A stretch of DNA of 33,078 nucleotides from Candidatus Heimdallarchaeota archaeon (GCA_019056785.1 DXJV01000027.1:1-33078); one strand, 5' to 3'. Positions 7,128-16,824 are shown, counted from the stretch's first letter. Numbers and translations: made by a program. Notes: a model not told the origin generated them from the sequence alone.

Positions 7128-10124
7128 GTGGTCTTGTTGTTCTTTGCAATTAAACATGCTCTTAGAGGGATTAATCGCCGCAAATTGAAAAACCTAATCA
7201 ATATGCTAGGAATTCTTATCGGTGTGTCTCTTCTAGCAGGTGTGCAAATTGCTACAGATTCACTTGTCAACGCAATGAAGGAAACAGTAAGTTTAAGGTA
7301 TGGAAATGCAGACATCGTCATTCAGAAGGGAGAATATCAAACCGAATTTTTCAACTATTCGGTTTATCAGAACCTTAAACTCGACTGGGAACTCTTCCCA
7401 TATATTGATGGTATTGCTCCACGAATAACTTCACAAGTGAGTATTTCCTCGATTTTAACCACAAAACAAACCGAGCCTTTTGTAACAGCTATAGGGGTTC
7501 ATCCGGTACTTGATAAGCCATTTGGTGATTTATTGCCAGATGAAAGCTATGGTAATAATAACTTTAACTTCTCAAAACTGGGCGAGAAGGAGTGTATTAT
7601 CGGTTGGCGACTGGCAGAATCAGTTATTGATTTTGATGTTATTGGGGAAGGGAAAAACAAGCAGCTGGTTTTACCAGCAGTTAACCCAATCGAAATGGCC
7701 TTCCTAGATGCACAAGGAAACTTTCGCTTTGAATCTTTAAATGTAAAAGGTATTGCAAAAACTGAAGGAAAAGGTGTTTTGAACACCGGGTTCACCATTT
7801 TCATGAAATTAGGCTATTTGCGCAAATTATTTAATACCACAATAACTGATGCGATCAACACCATCGTTGTGAGTACAACAAAAAGTAATGAAAATGCTGC
7901 TTTTGTAAAAGAACTTATTGAGAAACGTTTGGAATTTCATCTTGGTGATGCAGGGAAGAAATACAGAGTTGACCCTCAGAAATTGGAAGCATTCAAAGAT
8001 GTTGAAGACTCCATTAGAAACTTTCGGATTGTTCTTTATGTTTTTGGTTCGCTAATAATTATCTCAGGTGTGATGCTCATCCTCAATATAACATTGATGA
8101 ATATCGATGAACGAGAACGGAATATTGGAATCCTTCGAGCAATTGGATTAACACGGCGGCAGCTTTTAATATCGCTTCTAACTGAAAGTATGATTTTAGG
8201 TGGGCTTGGATCGCTATTGGGGCTTGGAGGTGGGATGTTGAGTGGAATTGGGATTATTTTTCTCCTTGAGAATTTTTTAGACATCGGCGAAATTCTAACT
8301 TCCATTCCGTTAATAGTACGACCAATAGGATTGATTATAGCATTTACTATTGGAATTGTAATCTCATTATTAGCAGCACTTTATCCGGCATGGAAAGCAT
8401 CTCGAATCAATATTGTTGAAACGATAAATGAAGTAGAAACCATCCAACTCCGACGAAAGAGTGGCAACTGGTCAATTTTCCTGGGCGCGCTATTAGCGGT
8501 AGGAGCGATTGCTATGTTCGCTCTTTCTTTCGTAATCACTGCTGATTGGCGCTGGACGATCTTTTTAGGTGGGATTCTCGCTTTTCTCTTTGGTTTAGGA
8601 TTTGTCTTTTCAAGACTAATTGGTGCGCGAATTGCGTTCAATCTCTTTGCTTTGTCATGGATAGCAACAGGGCTACTCTCCGTACTCTTATTGAATCCCT
8701 ACCTATCTAGAATTGAGATTAGCGAAGAAATGGCTCTCTATGTCTTTTTGATTGGAATGTTAGCTATGGTATTTGGCACCATTATTTTCATCGCGTTAAA
8801 CCTCGAGTGGATTTCAAACCGATTCAATGACTTTTTCCAGAAGGTCAAATCGCTCCGATCAATTGGAGTCATCTCTATGCGTTATGTTGGCAAGAAAAAA
8901 ACACGCTCTGCTCTAACATTTGCGATTTTTGGTGTCATCTTAACTACGAATGTTTTTCTTGCTGTCTTCACTGGCAGCTTTACTCTTGGATTTGAGGATT
9001 TTGCGACAATCGAAGAGGGAGGAGTGGATATCATTGCCTATACACCTTTTGGTTCTTCGAATTTTACGAATGACCCAATTCAGATGATAAAAGAAACAGA
9101 CCCAAACATTGAAGAAGTTATTAGCATGAAATTCCGCTTCTCCCTTTCTGGGGCCTTAATTAATCTTCCTTTCTTGGGGCAAAATGAAACACATTCAATA
9201 GTGGAGATTCTCCCCATTCCTTGCGACATGTGGGGTGTTAATGATGCTTGGCTCGGGATGACTGATTATGCCTTCTATGAAGTTTGGGATGGAATCGAAG
9301 GCGATGTTTGGGAAGCAGTAAAAAATGAATCAAATCGTTTTATTGTTCTACCTGGATTATTAAAAGAATTCGAGTTTGACGAGGGCGGCATTACTTATAC
9401 ACTCAAGGCTGAAGTTGGCGACACAATTACTATCAATGAAATTGATCCAAATACTATGACTGTAGTTCCTGGAAATTACACCATCGCTGCATTCATTCAA
9501 ACAACCACTTACTCGTTGCTGTTCTCGAGCTTTTTATTTGCAAGCGAAAACGCACCCATTTTTACCGGCATATCAAATACCTCTGCTTTTCTTATAAGAA
9601 CAAGTCCGAAATTGACTCTGGATGAGAAATTGGAAGTTAGCCGTAAAGTTGAAGCACAACTATTCGGCTATGATACACTTTGTTTGAGAGAGAGATTAAA
9701 ACGCTTTATGGAATTCATCACCCAGTCAGTGAGTTTTATGCAATCTTTTGTTTCTTTAGGCCTTGTCGTGGGTGTCTTAGGACTAATCATTGTTTCATTG
9801 CGCGGTATTACAGAACGAACACGAGAAATTGGCATGATGCGTGCAATTGGTTTTCAAAGAGCAGAAGTTATTACAGCAGTTGTCATCGAAATTTTCGCAG
9901 TTGCCTTTGTTGGATTGGTTATTGGATTTATTAACGGCTTTATTCTCGGATACGGCATGTACACGCAATATTTGGCTGACTTTGATTTTCGGTTCATCAT
10001 TCCTTGGAAAATGCTCGCTATTTTCACCTTCGTAACAGTATTACTTTCCATTATTGCAGCAATTCTTCCAGCCCGGAGAGCATCTAAAATACCGCCAAGT
10101 GAAGCCTTACGATATACTGGCTAA
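7128..10124 (+). CDS. ABC transporter permease, duplicated FtsX/MacB family
   Basis: Two copies of the motif (ERERNIGILRAIG, ERTREIGMMRAIG) plus YPAWKASRINIVE and LPARRASKIPPSEALR; two large extracellular domains. Confidence 0.92.
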   Translation: MVLLFFAIKHALRGINRRKLKNLINMLGILIGVSLLAGVQIATDSLVNAMKETVSLRYGNADIVIQKGEYQTEFFNYSVYQNLKLDWELFPYIDGIAPRITSQVSISSILTTKQTEPFVTAIGVHPVLDKPFGDLLPDESYGNNNFNFSKLGEKECIIGWRLAESVIDFDVIGEGKNKQLVLPAVNPIEMAFLDAQGNFRFESLNVKGIAKTEGKGVLNTGFTIFMKLGYLRKLFNTTITDAINTIVVSTTKSNENAAFVKELIEKRLEFHLGDAGKKYRVDPQKLEAFKDVEDSIRNFRIVLYVFGSLIIISGVMLILNITLMNIDERERNIGILRAIGLTRRQLLISLLTESMILGGLGSLLGLGGGMLSGIGIIFLLENFLDIGEILTSIPLIVRPIGLIIAFTIGIVISLLAALYPAWKASRINIVETINEVETIQLRRKSGNWSIFLGALLAVGAIAMFALSFVITADWRWTIFLGGILAFLFGLGFVFSRLIGARIAFNLFALSWIATGLLSVLLLNPYLSRIEISEEMALYVFLIGMLAMVFGTIIFIALNLEWISNRFNDFFQKVKSLRSIGVISMRYVGKKKTRSALTFAIFGVILTTNVFLAVFTGSFTLGFEDFATIEEGGVDIIAYTPFGSSNFTNDPIQMIKETDPNIEEVISMKFRFSLSGALINLPFLGQNETHSIVEILPIPCDMWGVNDAWLGMTDYAFYEVWDGIEGDVWEAVKNESNRFIVLPGLLKEFEFDEGGITYTLKAEVGDTITINEIDPNTMTVVPGNYTIAAFIQTTTYSLLFSSFLFASENAPIFTGISNTSAFLIRTSPKLTLDEKLEVSRKVEAQLFGYDTLCLRERLKRFMEFITQSVSFMQSFVSLGLVVGVLGLIIVSLRGITERTREIGMMRAIGFQRAEVITAVVIEIFAVAFVGLVIGFINGFILGYGMYTQYLADFDFRFIIPWKMLAIFTFVTVLLSIIAAILPARRASKIPPSEALRYTG

Positions 10125-10134
10125 ACCTCTTGTG

Positions 10135-11535
10135 CTAAGAGGACCATTCCTTGAGAATTGTACTTGAAACCAGAACATCAATACACGGAATCAACTCGAG
10201 TCGAGCAACAATTGATTGATAGCCACGACCAATTGTTCTGGTTCGAAGAATAATCATTAAATCGTATTCGCCCGTAAGAATTGAGACTTTTTCCACACCC
10301 GGGATTTCTTTGATCTGTTCAAAATCACATTTCTCACCAGGTTTGACTTTTCCCAAGATGACAATTTTTACCTCACTAAGAGAAAGACCGACGATGCCGG
10401 TGAAGACAAGTATTGCCCCTATTCCTCGGAGAAGCCAAACCAGCCAATTTGAAGTTATTTGGAAATACTGCGGCCAGATAAAACTCAGAATAACTGTTAT
10501 TGGGATCCCCGCTATCACAGAGATGGAGGCAAGAGAATTAACGATTGACATTTTTCCCATTGCCAAAGCACGGATATAGAAGATTCGGGAAACATAAACT
10601 AATAACATTGATAGCGCCACGGGAAAGATGGCTCGAACAAAAGTGGTTTTAAAGACAAACCAATCTGTCTTTCTCATGAAAGGAATAGTAAAGAGAATGG
10701 TAAAAAGAGCCATAAAGACCAAGGTCCAGAGACGAATATTAGTTGAATCCATATTTCTTCCGTGATGGTCTTTTGTTTGTGTCAATTTCTTTTGAAAAAT
10801 AACATATACTGCAGAACTCCCATTAAAAACAATAAAAACCATTAGCAAGTTAAACCAGTTCAGGGAAGAACTAGTGGTGTCTAACTCGATTGCTGCTAAA
10901 ATGACTCCAAGAACGATCATAACAATCGATTGTACTTCAACAGTTGCTGGTTTTGATTTATCAACGATCAAATCACCAATGATTAAATAAACAACCACAA
11001 ATTGAGCTGCCGGCAGGAAGACTGAAATGTCCATTCTTTTTATCAAAATAAAGTATACTAATGTTTGAATGCCTGAAAATAAACCAGAAAGAGTGAGCCA
11101 AAGAAACATTCGTTTTGTGGGAAGGTAGATACCTTGAAATTGCGGGTCGATGAATTGGCCTAAAAAAGAGAAATGTCTTTTCTGTTCACCTTGGGCATGT
11201 ACTTGTTTATCGTCCTCTTGCACATTATCGTCATCATCGTTTTCTTGCCTTTTTTGCCTTTTTCGCATTTTCAGTTCTTCAAATGGTTTTTTACTTATTG
11301 GGATCCACAGCAGCAGGACAAACAAAACACTTACCAAAAAACCGATGATCATTGATTGAATTGCGAAGGCATATTCATTTGACTCTAAAGTGACACTATC
11401 CACTACGATCCCTTTAGTGACAAAAGTGTCTATGGCAACCCAAATTGCACTAATAATACCTGAAAGAGCTGCCAAAATGATGAATAGATATTTCCTGGGC
11501 AGCTTTCTAAAGGGCCTTGTAGTTCGGTCGGTCAT
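10135..11535 (-). CDS. EamA/DMT-family membrane protein fused to a C-terminal Lrp/AsnC ligand-binding (RAM) domain
   Basis: About 10 hydrophobic helices in two repeats (FYIRALAMGKMSIV; GAILVFTGI); last ~80 aa IKEIPGVEKVSILTGEYDLMIIL. ATG 11535 fits SD AGGAG better than TTG 11544. Confidence 0.8.
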   Translation of the reverse strand: MTDRTTRPFRKLPRKYLFIILAALSGIISAIWVAIDTFVTKGIVVDSVTLESNEYAFAIQSMIIGFLVSVLFVLLLWIPISKKPFEELKMRKRQKRQENDDDDNVQEDDKQVHAQGEQKRHFSFLGQFIDPQFQGIYLPTKRMFLWLTLSGLFSGIQTLVYFILIKRMDISVFLPAAQFVVVYLIIGDLIVDKSKPATVEVQSIVMIVLGVILAAIELDTTSSSLNWFNLLMVFIVFNGSSAVYVIFQKKLTQTKDHHGRNMDSTNIRLWTLVFMALFTILFTIPFMRKTDWFVFKTTFVRAIFPVALSMLLVYVSRIFYIRALAMGKMSIVNSLASISVIAGIPITVILSFIWPQYFQITSNWLVWLLRGIGAILVFTGIVGLSLSEVKIVILGKVKPGEKCDFEQIKEIPGVEKVSILTGEYDLMIILRTRTIGRGYQSIVARLELIPCIDVLVSSTILKEWSS

Positions 11536-11557
11536 TCTTCGCAATTCTCCTATTAGA

Positions 11558-11815
11558 TTAAAATTCTTTTTGAATTACGGAAGTGGTAGTTTCAACTATG
11601 CCTTTAACTAAATGGATTTCTTGGGTCCGGTCATACATCTCATCCATTGTTTTAGTTTCAACACGCACTATAATGTCATATTCACCGGTAATAACTGCAA
11701 CAGATGTGATATTCGGAATTTTTTTCAGGGCAGCTAACACTTCATTTGTTTTTCCTAATTGAACCGTACACATAACATAAGCTTTCAAATAATTCTCTTC
11801 TACTGGTGTGGCCAT
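11558..11815 (-). CDS. stand-alone Lrp/AsnC ligand-binding (RAM) domain protein, no HTH
   Basis: KAYVMCTVQLG..EV...LKKIPNI.SV.VITGEYDIIVRVE...GIVETTTSV. Start moved to ATG 11815 (SD GAGGTG); 85 aa. Confidence 0.9.
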   Translation of the reverse strand: MATPVEENYLKAYVMCTVQLGKTNEVLAALKKIPNITSVAVITGEYDIIVRVETKTMDEMYDRTQEIHLVKGIVETTTSVIQKEF

Positions 11816-12001
11816 ATGTTCCCACCTCGGGGCTTCTTCTCCAACCTTTTTGTTTATATTATCTTCGATATGACTAAAATAAAACAAATTCAGGAAATTG
11901 AAAAAAAAAGAGAATTAATAACTGCCTTAAGAATCCTCGAAACACTTTTTATTTTGATTGCTATTTTCTTTATGACTATTATTCACAGAGAGGAAAAAAC
12001 C

Positions 12002-12469
12002 TTGACTCTTGAAACAGTAGAAGAACTCATAATCTTCATAGACATCGATAATTTCAAGGAAATATCAGAAGCTCAAGGATGGGTTCCTTACAAGCCAAAT
12101 GATATCACAGGTACCTTAACACAGCTGGTGACAGACTTTGCCCGGAAACACACGGGCGAAATCATTTATGGATTAGATGAAATTCGAGGAACAGAAGAGT
12201 GTATGATTCGTTTAACAGGTGCACTGTCACACGAAGAGATCCAAAAAGATCTTGAATACATTATGAACGAAATCCAAAAAATTGGTCTTGAAAATGGCTG
12301 TGAAGCAACCTTAAGTATCGGCGTTGCTAGAGGGCCCTATACCCCTGTCAAACCTACTGGCCCTTATCAGTGGTCAAAACGCTTATTTAAAGGGCAAGCA
12401 CAAAGATTGGCACATAAAGCACTAAAAAAAGCCAAACGCCAAGGTGGGAATCGCATTGTGTTTCTGTAA
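12002..12469 (+). CDS. GGDEF-like (nucleotide cyclase palm) single-domain protein with a variant signature
   Basis: IFIDIDNFK, RGTEEC in place of GG(D/E)EF, LSIGVA, A.KAL.KAK..GGNRIV. Start moved to TTG 12002 (SD GAGAGG); ATG 11972 is an alternative. Confidence 0.72.
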   Translation: MTLETVEELIIFIDIDNFKEISEAQGWVPYKPNDITGTLTQLVTDFARKHTGEIIYGLDEIRGTEECMIRLTGALSHEEIQKDLEYIMNEIQKIGLENGCEATLSIGVARGPYTPVKPTGPYQWSKRLFKGQAQRLAHKALKKAKRQGGNRIVFL

Positions 12470-12475
12470 CACAAA

Positions 12476-13132
12476 GTGGTTTTAGCGATTTTTATGAGTG
12501 ATTTGGAAAGGATGATAATACGCTCCCCACGAAAAACAGAAAAGGGTTTTCTTGTTGATATGCATATTCATAGTCACTTTTCGAGTGATAGTTTTTTACG
12601 CTTTGAAGAAATTCTCCTCGAAGCAGCTTTCACTATTAATGGCATTGTTATTACTGATCATGACATTATCGGCAGTTTCCATTTAGACAAAAATACCATC
12701 GAAAAAGAACATGAAATTGTTGTTTTTGCCCCCGCAGTAGAAATATCCTCTACAGAAGGGCATATCTTGGCTTATGGCATTGCCTCGGTCCCCTCACGAG
12801 AATTGGAGCCAGAAGAAGTTTTACGGATTATTCATGACGAAAAAGGGCTTGCTGTTGCCGCCCACCCCTTTTCAGAACTGGGAGTAGGCGATCTTGTCTA
12901 TGACCTTCCTTTTGACGCCATCGAAATTAATGGCGCCAGGCCGGCGAGCGATAACCAGAAGGCAAAGGAAGCAGCAACACTCTTAGAACTCCCAATGGTT
13001 GGGGGGAGTGATGCACATATCCATGGTGAGATTGCCAGCTGTGTTACACAATTTAGAAAGAAAATACAAACAATGGATGAATTAATTGCCGAAGTGAAAA
13101 AGGGAAGATGCCAGCCCCTTATGCTGCGATAA
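12476..13132 (+). CDS. PHP-domain metal-dependent phosphoesterase
   Basis: DMHIHS, ITDHD, VEIS, GHIL, AHPF, IEING, GGSDAH; ATG 12494 is an alternative start. Confidence 0.92.
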   Translation: MVLAIFMSDLERMIIRSPRKTEKGFLVDMHIHSHFSSDSFLRFEEILLEAAFTINGIVITDHDIIGSFHLDKNTIEKEHEIVVFAPAVEISSTEGHILAYGIASVPSRELEPEEVLRIIHDEKGLAVAAHPFSELGVGDLVYDLPFDAIEINGARPASDNQKAKEAATLLELPMVGGSDAHIHGEIASCVTQFRKKIQTMDELIAEVKKGRCQPLMLR

Positions 13133-13140
13133 TTGAAAAC

Positions 13141-14283
13141 TTATGTTTTAATGATCTTTTCATCGATCATTTCCTTGGTAATCTTTTCACGCCGGCTCTG
13201 GTGATCGGCTAAGAATTGCTTAACTTTCTCACCCAATCGTTTCTTACAAGTGCCACACAACAATTTTCCAGCCAAACAATCCGAACGCATTTTCTCGATT
13301 TTCTTATCGTCTGGCTCAAAGAGATAATATTCATACCAATAAATATTACAAATCTCAGGTTGACCGCCTAACTTTTTCTGTTCTTCTATTGTTGCCCTTC
13401 CGCCAGTGAACGCCCGCATGATTTTTTTCTTGGCTTTGTTAGGATCATCTGTAGTGAAAATACAGCTATCAGGTTCTGAAGCAGACATTTTCCCTCCTTC
13501 CGCTAACCCTGGGAAAAACTTACAATGTATCGCCGCCGGTTTATAATAGCCAAGTTTAGGTGCAACATCTCGAGTGATTCGCCAGTAAGGGTCCTGATCA
13601 ATTGCTGCGGGAATTAGGACTGGAACATTTTTCCCTTGCAACACTGATGGGAGAAAACAAGGCATTGCTTGAATAGACGGGTAAAAAATCATACCAATGT
13701 TTGACTCATTTACAAAACCGAAGACGGCTTTCGCTGTGGAAAATGTTACCCGTTTGGCTACTTCTACAGCAATTTGATACATCGTTTTCGTTAACTGGGA
13801 ATCAAAGATGAAATGAGTTTTTTCAGGGTTAAAACCAACAGCTAGAATGTCCTTAGCATTTTCATAAGCAAAATTTTGTGACTCTTGAAAAGTAAACTTT
13901 TGATTGAAAAGAAATTTTTCATCGTCTGTTAACTGGAAATACAAATCAACATTAAATATGTCTTGCAACCATTTGGTGAAGATCCATGGAACAAGATGCC
14001 CAAGATGGGTGTGACCAGAGGGACCACGACCGGTGTAAAGAACAAATTTCTCGCCTTTTTTCAACATTTGTAAAATCCAGTCAAAATCTCGATGGCTGAA
14101 GAAGAGCCCCCGACGCAACAAGAGATGTAATTCTCCACCACTATATTCTTTTATCTGGGTAATTTCCTTTGTAGACAAAAATGTCGTGCCAAATTTCTTG
14201 ACCAATTTTTTATAATCAATTTCTCCCTTTACTTCCCAAGGGGTAACAACCATCGTGTTGAAATCTTTTTCTCCATCAGTCAT
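13141..14283 (-). CDS. trpS: tryptophan--tRNA ligase (archaeal/eukaryotic type)
   Basis: VTPWEV, YTGRGPS, HLGH, TDDEKFL, AIDQDPY, KMSAS, AFTGG. ATG 14283 preferred over GTG 14319. Confidence 0.97.
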   Translation of the reverse strand: MTDGEKDFNTMVVTPWEVKGEIDYKKLVKKFGTTFLSTKEITQIKEYSGGELHLLLRRGLFFSHRDFDWILQMLKKGEKFVLYTGRGPSGHTHLGHLVPWIFTKWLQDIFNVDLYFQLTDDEKFLFNQKFTFQESQNFAYENAKDILAVGFNPEKTHFIFDSQLTKTMYQIAVEVAKRVTFSTAKAVFGFVNESNIGMIFYPSIQAMPCFLPSVLQGKNVPVLIPAAIDQDPYWRITRDVAPKLGYYKPAAIHCKFFPGLAEGGKMSASEPDSCIFTTDDPNKAKKKIMRAFTGGRATIEEQKKLGGQPEICNIYWYEYYLFEPDDKKIEKMRSDCLAGKLLCGTCKKRLGEKVKQFLADHQSRREKITKEMIDEKIIKT

Positions 14284-14416
14284 GAAGTTCACAACAACAA
14301 ATGCACTTTTTTTCGCCACTCAACTTGTAGCAACGAGGTTTTTAAAAATTCCCCTTTTTCTCATGATGGTGATTTGCAACAAGAGCTTGGAGAGGAAACC
14401 AGAAAAGAAAAGAGAG

Positions 14417-14977
14417 TTAGGATTCGGAATCATCAATTATGATTATTCCTTCATCGTTGTCCCCTTCAAACTTGGGGGCGGCTTCGCTCATTATTTCATC
14501 ATCAGTTTCTTTATAGTACCATTCGCTCCGCAGATCATAAGATTGCTCTTTTTTAATCTGTTCTTTTTCCTCTTTGACCTTATCCATGCCGCTATACCAA
14601 GCTTCCATTTTTCGTGTTCGTTCCTGCCTGTCGAGCCGTCGCTTCTTGATTTCTTTGGGTGAGAACTTCCATCGAAGCCATTGTCCCAAACGCATTTTAT
14701 GTGGTTCCAAAACATATTTCTTCACAAAATATTGTAATGCCAGTATTTGGAAGAAGATAATTGCAGCAGCCAAGACATATAATGGCCAGACAATATTTGT
14801 TTCCCCGCGAATGATAACATACATTGCTATGGGAATGAGTCCTATTGCTACCACGAGAGCCGGAACACCGATTATAATGAACAACCCTTCAATTAAGTAA
14901 AATAAAAAGATGTAGACGATATCACCAAAGCTACTTGTACCGCCTTTCTGTTTCTTCTCAGGAGGAACATAAGTCAA
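14417..14977 (-). CDS. hypothetical membrane protein (2-3 TM, charged/acidic C-terminus)
   Basis: Hydrophobic N-terminal half, then basic and acidic segments; TTG start with GAGTGA upstream. Confidence 0.7.
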   Translation of the reverse strand: MTYVPPEKKQKGGTSSFGDIVYIFLFYLIEGLFIIIGVPALVVAIGLIPIAMYVIIRGETNIVWPLYVLAAAIIFFQILALQYFVKKYVLEPHKMRLGQWLRWKFSPKEIKKRRLDRQERTRKMEAWYSGMDKVKEEKEQIKKEQSYDLRSEWYYKETDDEIMSEAAPKFEGDNDEGIIIIDDSES

Positions 14978-15076
14978 CTAAATCACTCTGTTGTAAGTAA
15001 ATCAACAAACATATTATCCCTTGGCTTTATAAGGACTTGTTTAATTGCAAAAAAAAAGAACAGGGCAAATGATAAT

Positions 15077-15610
15077 TCACCACCACACGTCTTTCCAACC
15101 CAGTGTGTAGCCTACAGCATTAGCAGCAAAATGAACGACACCTGCAAGTGGAATCATAATTAACCAATAGGCCCAAGGGAAGGCATAATCTATGCGAGCA
15201 AAAGCCAGGCCAAAAACCATAAAGCCAATTTGATCCATAACTAATAATGAGCCCCCTGAGCGGATATTCAAACGTCGTTTTATAAAAGAACCAACGATAT
15301 CACCTGTAACTGCGCCCATTCCTTGTAGCAAACCATTTGTTATTGGGATTTGTATGCCAAATTGAGTCGAAAACCACCAACGAGTAAAAAGCCCGATTAA
15401 AAAACCAGTGAGAAACCCCACAACAAAACCTCTAATTGTTTTATTATTCCCTAAAATTCGCCGGCCATCAAACCAATTTTTCCGGAAATCCATTGGCACA
15501 CCCCCTCCAAATAGAAGAGGAGTGACATTTGCGAACATCATCGGTAAAACAAAGAAAATAGCATTAAAAACTTCTGAGTCGGAAATTGTCGCAAACCAGG
15601 AGGGGAGCAT
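15077..15610 (-). CDS. carS: CDP-archaeol synthase
   Basis: AN..P..FGGG.P.D....DGRRILG..KT.RG, GDIVGSFIKRRL, DQ, H...N..GY.LG.KDVWW. Confidence 0.95.
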   Translation of the reverse strand: MLPSWFATISDSEVFNAIFFVLPMMFANVTPLLFGGGVPMDFRKNWFDGRRILGNNKTIRGFVVGFLTGFLIGLFTRWWFSTQFGIQIPITNGLLQGMGAVTGDIVGSFIKRRLNIRSGGSLLVMDQIGFMVFGLAFARIDYAFPWAYWLIMIPLAGVVHFAANAVGYTLGWKDVWW

Positions 15611-15789
15611 TAGTAATTCACTTTTCTATTAATTGCCTTTATTTTCAATTTATTCCAGTCCTATTAAAATATTCTCATTGCAAAAAAGCTTTCGCTCAAA
15701 AGATAGCGGTAACATTTTAACGGATAAACAATTAAATTTCACTAGAGAACTAGAACAAACCCCGTTAAGGATGAGAAATAAAGGGTGAA

Positions 15790-16824
15790 TTGTTAGTGCA
15801 AATCTTTTCAAAGAACCGGATCACGCTCCAATTTCCTGGAGCAAACCTTCATTTAGACCCCAAACTTTTCAACTCAAAAGAAGACCAGTTTTTTATTTCT
15901 CATGCACATTATGACCATCTTCCAACCAAAGGCAAAAAGCCGCCTTTTGTTCCTAAAGTTGTCTGTTCCAAAGCCACTGCAAAATTATTTAACAAGCGCA
16001 TTAGGTATGAAATTACTCCATTAGAAGCCTTTGAAACAGAGCAATTCAGTCTAAAAACCATTCCAAGTGGTCATACCTTCGATTCAACAGCTGCAGAAAT
16101 TAATCTAAAAGAGAATGGTTTGAAAGTTTTGTATACAGGTGATATTAATATCGAGGATAGAGCGTATCTCCAAGGTTTTCGCCCGAAGAAATGCGACGTT
16201 TTACTCTTAGAGGCTACGTGGGGGCACAAGGAATATTCGTTTCCTCCATTTATGGAGCAAGTTGAACAGGCAACAAATTACATACAAACACAACTTGACC
16301 ACAATCATCCCGTAATCCTTCTTGGCTATGCAATTGGTAAGGCGCAATTACTCAATTATTGTTTTGGTCAGTTAATAGACCTACGCTTTTCAAGTAAAAT
16401 TGTTTGGGAAATGGAACAAATTCACAAAGAGTTGGGGTTATCTTTACATCCAACAAAGAAATTACCCACAGTCATCGACGATTTGCCAAAAACAAGTCCT
16501 TGGTTATTGTTTCAAGCACCATCACCATATAATTCGAACTTTATTCAAAAACTAAAGAAGAAAACCAATTGCCGTGTGGTAGGGTTTTCCGGCTGGGCTA
16601 AAGACCTCGAGTCTTTCAAGCATCGTTCGGGTGCTGATGCCGCCTTTATGATTAGTGACCACTCTGATTACAACAAACTGCTAGAACTTGCAAAAGCGTG
16701 TTCCCCTGAAAAGATTTTCACCATTTTTGGCAATGCAAAGAAATTGGCAAAGGACTTACAAAAAGAGGGGCTTAATGCACTGCCGCTCTCCTCCGGACAG
16801 GCTACACTTGAGAATTACTTTTAA
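15790..16824 (+). CDS. metallo-beta-lactamase / beta-CASP family nuclease
   Basis: FISHAHYDH, GH, YTGD, EAT, YAIGKAQ, SGW, SDHSDY; TTG start with SD GGGTGA. Confidence 0.88.
   Translation: MLVQIFSKNRITLQFPGANLHLDPKLFNSKEDQFFISHAHYDHLPTKGKKPPFVPKVVCSKATAKLFNKRIRYEITPLEAFETEQFSLKTIPSGHTFDSTAAEINLKENGLKVLYTGDINIEDRAYLQGFRPKKCDVLLLEATWGHKEYSFPPFMEQVEQATNYIQTQLDHNHPVILLGYAIGKAQLLNYCFGQLIDLRFSSKIVWEMEQIHKELGLSLHPTKKLPTVIDDLPKTSPWLLFQAPSPYNSNFIQKLKKKTNCRVVGFSGWAKDLESFKHRSGADAAFMISDHSDYNKLLELAKACSPEKIFTIFGNAKKLAKDLQKEGLNALPLSSGQATLENYF

Noticed and set aside
11816-11887. Longer start for the AsnC ORF
   Set aside because: The extension encodes no HTH, and a strong SD (GAGGTG) precedes the ATG at 11815.
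11759-12001. N-terminal extension with an apparent TM segment on the GGDEF-like ORF in the supplied track
   Set aside because: It overlaps the opposite-strand RAM gene and crosses an AT-rich divergent promoter. An SD-supported start exists at 12002, so this is probably not a membrane-anchored sensor.
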